In this document: in pieces, positions 36,205 through 42,298 of the stretch
Layout of the letters: every line of letters begins with the position of its first letter
Position numbering within the stretch: position 1 is the first letter of the stretch
Origin: Octopus bimaculoides
Lineage: Eukaryota
Direction: 5' to 3'
Length of the DNA stretch: 42,298 nucleotides
Assembly: GCF_001194135.2 (NCBI RefSeq)
Contig: NC_068987.1
Span: 31,551,891 to 31,594,188, forward strand
Notes under the pieces: model-generated
Databases searched by the model: none
Told to the model about the DNA's origin: nothing
The model's input: the letters and a program-made list of their open reading frames with translations, nothing else
Made by a program: the position numbers and the translations under genes

Positions 36205-36350
36205 TCTGGGTACATGGCGTCACAAGAAAACGTGGGCAAAATGAGAAACAGAACATAAACAGAGCACAGAAAACACACAGGCCACATAGAGAACATTTCC
36301 TTCATCAGCTGCCACCATTCTAAAACTAAGCGTTTCGAAGAGTTAGGGGT
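36205..36350 (-). repeat. Reverse copy of the 7605-7805 repeat family
   Basis: TTCATCAG and GTGGGCAAAATGAGAA reverse matches. Confidence 0.55.
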
Positions 36351-36384
36351 ATGTATGTATATATGTCTTTCTTTTACTTTTAAA

Positions 36385-36569
36385 TCGTTAGACTGCACAA
36401 TACTTGGGTACCGCTTTGAAGAATTTTTTGTCGAACGAAACGACCCCAGTGCATTTTGTGTAAGCCTAGTACTTATCTATCAGTCTCTTTTGCCGAACCG
36501 CTGCGTTACGAGGACGTAAACACACCAACACCGTTTTCGTTTCTTGGTGGGTGACAAAGACAGACATAA

Positions 36570-36639
<70 letters not shown>

Positions 36640-37010
36640 GTGTGTGTGTATTTATATTCTTTTATTCTTTTATTTGTTTCAGTCATTTGACTGCGGCCAT
36701 GCTGGAGCACCGTCTTTTTGTCGAACAAATCGACCCAAGGATTTATTCTTTGTAAGCCTAGTACTTGTTCTATCGGTCTGTTTTGCCGAACCGCTAAGTT
36801 ACGGGGATGTAAATACACCAACATCGGTTATCAAGCGATGATAGTAGGGACAAACATAGACACACAAACGCACACACACACACACACACATACGACGGGC
36901 TTCTTTCAGTTTCCGTTTATTAATTCCACTCACAAAGCTTTGGTCGGCCAGAGGCTATAGCAGAAGATACTTGTCCAAGGTGCTACACAGCAAGCTACTT
37001 ACCACACAGC
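36385..37010 (-). mobile_element. Two SINE family C copies (3' half 36385-36567; near-full 36655-37010)
   Basis: reverse match to 20574-21030. Confidence 0.85.
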
Positions 37011-37541
37011 CATCATTTTTAAACTGAATTTTTACTTAACAACATATTTTACAGGAACAAAAAAGAAGAGAAAAATGTTAAAAGTATAAAAGATGAAAAT
37101 ATCGAGAGAAAAAATAGAATCCTTTCTACAATCTTCAACAAAGAAACAAAAAGAAAGAAAGAAAGAAAACAAAGTTCGGTGAGGGAGTAGTCTGGGATGT
37201 GTGAGAAGTTCGTAATAGTTCAGATCTAAACAGATACACTAGGATAAGGTAGAAATGAAGGAAGACCTACATAAGTGTGCTCGCCCCTCAGGACTTCGTT
37301 TCCTCATAACTTTCAGACAAATTGATATTTCGTAATGAAATTTTCTACAAATACCTTTCAGATAGTGTAGATTACAATTATATCAGAATTTGTATTGAAA
37401 CAAAATGCTATGAGCAAGATGAGAATGGAGTTTCAGATAATTCACACAAATCAATTTTGTATCCTCATAACTTTCAAAAAAGCAGGTATTTTTTTTTTAA
37501 TGAAATTTTATTCAAATACTTTTCAAATGGTGTACATTATG

Positions 37542-37698
37542 CAGGGGCGGACTGAGAGTATTAAGGGCCCTCAGTCATAACTGTTTACCAGGCCCCTTTG
37601 AATGTGTGTTTTAGTAGAATTAACATGTAGAGTATGGACCCCTCAGAGCTCTGGGCCCTCAGACAATACCCACTTGCCGATGGCTCAATCTGCCCTTG
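37542..37698. mobile_element. hAT-type MITE (157 bp)
   Basis: TIR CAGGGGCGGACTGAG matching at 12/15; perfect 8-bp TSD ACATTATG (37534-41 / 37699-706). Confidence 0.9.
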
Positions 37699-37886
37699 AC
37701 ATTATGATTATATTGGAATTTATTGTGAAAACGAGGAGAAAAAATACCATTTAAGCACTCAGAACACACACCTATTAGTTTGAATTATCCTGACGTAAAC
37801 TCCTCATATCCTCTCTCTCTCTCTATGTGTGTGTGTTTGTGTGTGTGATGCATGTCAGTATGTGTGTGTGTGTGAGTGTGTGTGTG

Positions 37887-37931
<45 letters not shown>

Positions 37932-38010
37932 CCAGTCCAATGATGGATTAGCTGGTCAAAACTTCAAAGTCATTGTCAATACTATTCTTGTTGAAGAATA
38001 AAAAGATTTA

Positions 38011-38927
38011 TACCACGTGGTATCAAAATGTTCCCAGACTAGTTTTGGAGTGTGCCAACAGATGGCACAGTGGGAGCTAGCAGCGACTTTCATGAGGCTG
38101 TGTGTTGCATGACATTGCTGTGTTTACTTCACAAGTTGTGAAATTTGTGTTTTTGTGATCATGTGATTGCTGTAATCTGTAATTTTTGTCATGGACAGGA
38201 AGCTGGAACAAAGAGCAAATGTGAAACTTTGTGTTAAACTTTGGAAGTCTGCTACAGAGACATTGAGCATGCTTCGGCAAGATTACAGCGACGAAGCAAT
38301 TGGTTGCACCCAATGTTTTGAGAGGCATGGGCACTTGAAAAGCAGAAGAACGTTCCTGAAAGACAATGGGTGATCTGGAAGACCTGCCACGAGCATCACC
38401 CACCAAAATGTGCTATTGTGCATTGAGAATTTATGTCCAGGGCCAGACCATTAATCAGGAGTTCTAATGTAATGTTTTGAAGTGTTTGAGGGAAGATATT
38501 CGGTGAAAGCAACCAGATCTGTGGAGCACAAAGAATTGGATTCTTCAAGACAACAATGCACCCTGTTACCAAGTTCTCTTCACTCTTGAATTTCATTTCT
38601 TGCCATAAACAACATAGTATCATGTCCACACGTGCCCTGTTTGCCATATTTAGCACCTGTGGACTTCCATCTCTTCCCCCAAGATGAAGATGCAGCTCAA
38701 AAGTTGTTGTTTTAACACTGCTGCTGAGATCCAGGCTGAATTGCAGAAGGGCCTTGATTTGCTTATGGAAAACAATTTCCAGACCAGATTTGAAAATGGC
38801 AGAAACGCTGGGACCCATGTATGGCTGCACAAGGTGACTATTTTGAAGGAGATGATGTTTAAAATTAGGTAGATAAGTTATTTTCTATTACACAACTAGT
38901 TCAGGAACTGTTTGATATCACCTCATA
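38011..38927 (+). mobile_element. Internally deleted mariner with both TIRs
   Basis: LEQRANVKLCVKLWKSATET..SGRP fused to LQDNNAP..LAPVDFHLFPKMK..; degenerate TIRs TATCAAAATGTTCCCAGACT / AGTTCAGGAACTGTTTGATA. Confidence 0.85.
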
Positions 38928-38984
38928 CTCTACCAAAAATATTGAGTAATTCTTCAGTTTATTATAACATAAAAACAAGCTTTA

Positions 38985-39014
<30 letters not shown>

Positions 39015-39016
<2 letters not shown>

Positions 39017-39230
39017 TCTTTTACTCTTTTACTTGTTTCAGTCATTTGACTGTGGCCATGCTGGAGCACCACCTTTAGTCGAGAAAATTGGCCCCAGGAC
39101 TTACTCTTTGTAAGCCTAGTACTTATTCTATCGGACTCTTTTGCTGAACCGCTAAGTCACGGGGACGTAAACACACCAGCATCGGTTGTCAAGCGATGTT
39201 GGGGGACAAACACAGACACACAAACATATA
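39015..39230 (-). mobile_element. SINE family C 3' half
   Basis: (TACTCTTT) tail and ATGCTGGAGCACC core. Confidence 0.88.
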
Positions 39231-39593
39231 CATACACACATACATACATACATATATAATATATATATATTTTATTTATTTATTTATTTACGGCCTCAAA
39301 CATCTCAATACCTTGCGCTNNNNNNNNNNNNNNNNNNNNNNNNNNNNNNNNNNNNNNNNNNNNNNNNNNNNNNNNNNNNNNNNNNNNNNNNNNNNNNNNN
39401 NNNNNNNNNNNNNNNNNNNAGAATATGCGGTACCCATCGACTTGCAGACAGTGTATTTCGTTGAATTAACTTATTTTGTAACTAAAATGACAAAAACCAC
39501 AATATAGAAATGCTTATGACATATATATACACAGATATATATATACATTTATATATATATGTATATATACACACACATATATACATACATACA

Positions 39594-39701
<108 letters not shown>

Positions 39702-39965
39702 CATATATATATAGAAGGAGCCAGAAAGAGAAATACTAAGGTGGTGGAGTGGTGTGATGGGAAATAACAGGCAAATGGTTAAAAACAAGCTGATGATGCC
39801 TGTTCTATGGACAAATTAAGTAAGGAGGGAAAGTTGGGTATAGAGATACATGCTTCGGTGTGTATATGTGACTGGAATCACATGTATGTATTTAGAAGTG
39901 TGTAAGTGTGGTTACAGTGGAATAGGTAAGTAAGGGTATGACGGTTGGTGTATGTGTAATAGCTA

Positions 39966-40098
39966 TACAGGGTGGGCCAAAAGACACGCACAAAATCAGC
40001 TCAATACGCCCAGGAATTGTCAAAGACATGCTTCAATTTTTCTAAAATTCAATAAAATAAATAAAATAATGACGCATTGCACATGATGAACGAAATGG

Positions 40099-40154
<56 letters not shown>

Positions 40155-40357
40155 TCTTTCTACTATAAGCACAAGGCCTGAAATTTGTGGGAGGGGGATA
40201 CTCGATTACATCGACCCAAGTACTCAACTTGTACTTATTGTATCGACCCCGAAAGGATGAAAGGTAAAGTCGATCGCGGTGGAATTTGAACTCATATCGC
40301 ATGTAATATAAATAATATGGCAAATGTTTTGGTGCGTGACGTTTGGACCACCCTATA
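39966..40357. mobile_element. Tc1/mariner-type MITE containing a nested SINE
   Basis: TA-flanked TIR TACAGGGTGGGCCAAAAGACACGCAC matching at 22/26. Confidence 0.75.
40098..40295 (-). mobile_element. SINE family A variant with (ATT)n tail
   Basis: reverse core TCGACCCCGAAAGGATGAAAGG; (AAT)n at 40098-40153. Confidence 0.85.
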
Positions 40358-40924
40358 TAAACACACGTAAATGCTGTATATATACACACACACGTAAATG
40401 TCGAACAATGACAATGAGTGTTCAACACCGCATTGGTGGATAAAGATTCTTTATTTGTGTATTAAGGCTATCATCGGTTTTATATTAATAAAATATCTTA
40501 ACAATTTTTCAAGCCGATCACATGGAGGGATTGGGTGTTCATCTCAATTTTGGATTAAAACACGTAAAAAAAAAGTAATGAACACGGGAATTCACGATAA
40601 AGTCTCGCAGGAATTTTTGGTAAACAAAACAAAACATCGAGGGAGACGATTCATAGGTAACAACTGTTGGGTGATTATCTACCTTGGCTTTAACTTTTGG
40701 AAAAATTGTGCTGAATGATAAATTTGTTTATATTATGTGATATCCTGGGTATGTGTAGTGTTCGTACGTTTGTGTATTGAACGAGTTCATCACGAGAGCA
40801 TGTGTCTTCTATGTGTAGAGTTCATATGATGTATATATTAAATCTTCAGGTTCAGAGAGAAAAAAAAAGAAACCTATCTCGGTAGAGTGGGTGGTGGTTC
40901 CTCTTTGAAATGTCGGAATATAAA

Positions 40925-41102
40925 ATATTGCTGATGCATACTCCATGTTATCTGGAAGTTGCTTACTGTTTCTTCTTTCAATATCCATATCATATTAGAT
41001 AGGGATGTTTCGTGTCTTTTCTTTTTGTCCTTGAATGACGCCAGATGCTGTGTGTATCTTTCCTCGAACGAGTTGCTCATCATTCCAATGTAAGTCTTTG
41101 TT
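40925..41102 (-). mobile_element. Penelope-like GIY-YIG endonuclease fragment
   Basis: KTYIGMMSNSFEERYTQHLASFKDKKKRHETSLSNMIWILKE. Confidence 0.82.
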
Positions 41103-41714
41103 NNNNNNNNNNNNNNNNNNNNNNNNNNNNNNNNNNNNNNNNNNNNNNNNNNNNNNNNNNNNNNNNNNNNNNNNNNNNNNNNNNNNNNNNNNNNNNNNNN
41201 NNNNNNNNNNNNNNNNNNNNNNNNNNNNNNNNNNNNNNNNNNNNNNNNNNNNNNNNNNNNNNNNNNNNNNNNNNNNNNNNNNNNNNNNNNNNNNNNNNNN
41301 NNNNNNNNNNNNNNNNNNNNNNNNNNNNNNNNNNNNNNNNNNNNNNNNNNNNNNNNNNNNNNNNNNNNNNNNNNNNNNNNNNNNNNNNNNNNNNNNNNNN
41401 NNNNNNNNNNNNNNNNNNNNNNNNNNNNNNNNNNNNNNNNNNNNNNNNNNNNNNNNNNNNNNNNNNNNNNNNNNNNNNNNNNNNNNNNNNNNNNNNNNNN
41501 NNNNNNNNNNNNNNNNNNNNNNNNNNNNNNNNNNNNNNNNNNNTGAATGCATGGGTCTTGAAAGTACTTTTGCATTTCATAGTGCTAGCTTGAGGGGTGT
41601 TCTAGCACAGAGATGTGGTCAGCTCATTATAGTTGGGTACTTGCTTTTAAGGACTTCACAAACCTTTCATATTTTTTGTTGGTCCCAAGACTTCAAGCGT
41701 TTTCTGATGAAAAG

Positions 41715-41920
41715 AATCAGGACTTGAACTGGAAACGCAGTGATCCGAAATAAATACCCCGAAACATCTTGTCCGACGCAATAACTTTCTGCCAATCTAC
41801 CGCACTGGATTGATATTTTATCGATATCTAGGATGAAAGGCTAAGTTGATTAGGAAGTATTTGAACTCAGAACAACGCAGTATGCAAGAATACCCCCGAA
41901 ACATTCTCTGCCAACTTCAT
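41715..41920 (-). mobile_element. Two decayed SINE family A remnants
   Basis: reverse GGATGAAAGG..TTTGAACTCAGAAC and CTGCCAATCTACCGC heads. Confidence 0.6.
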
Positions 41921-41929
41921 TCCCTCCCC

Positions 41930-42234
41930 AACATGTATGTATGTATGTATGTATGTATGTATGTATGTATGTATGTATGAATGTATGTATGTATGTGTGT
42001 ATGTGTGTATGTATATACCTGTTCATATATGTTTATCTATGCTCGTGTAAATATATATATATATATATATTCATGTATGTATGTATGTATGTATGTATGT
42101 ATATATGTATATATATATATATATATGTGTGTTATACATATGTACGTACACATATTTATATATATATGCTTACACACACACACACACATATATATGCCAG
42201 GGCATATGTAATCTTTTTTTATGTGTGTGTATGC

Positions 42235-42298
<64 letters not shown>
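41930..42298. repeat. (TATG)n/(TA)n/(GT)n low-complexity tract
   Basis: direct reading. Confidence 0.95.

Noticed and set aside
39790-39830. CTGATGA as a hammerhead core
   Set aside because: No downstream GAAA or supporting stems
41704-41740. CTGATGA...GAAAC as a hammerhead
   Set aside because: No stem II adjacent to the core; GAAAC belongs to a reverse SINE remnant

Overview
Eukaryotic, AT-rich, repeat-saturated genomic DNA, most likely octopus or another coleoid cephalopod. That assignment is inferred from the tRNA-derived SINE families and the dense (CA)n/(TA)n/(CATA)n microsatellites. There are ten N gaps: 2231-2673, 3545-4384, 5687-5786, 6387-6894, 9844-9853, 11183-11407, 12621-12631, 16526-17137, 39320-39419 and 41103-41543. 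Only one host-gene coding segment is well supported: the first coding exon (35701-35898, +) of a secreted AA15-type lytic polysaccharide monooxygenase (signal peptide, His1 of the copper His-brace, GT donor). Its later exons were not found in the window. The rest is decayed mobile DNA: mariner, Tc1 and maT transposase remnants, TSD-flanked MITEs, four SINE families, RTE-, R4/Dong- and CRE-type non-LTR fragments, and Penelope-like pieces. Two hammerhead-ribozyme-like structures occur, one with an intact core and one fossil. A 2.16-kb TIR-bounded insert splits an R4-type RT, and its removal restores the reading frame. Almost all ORF-track entries are microsatellite or N-gap artefacts. All family assignments are by eye, without database searches.
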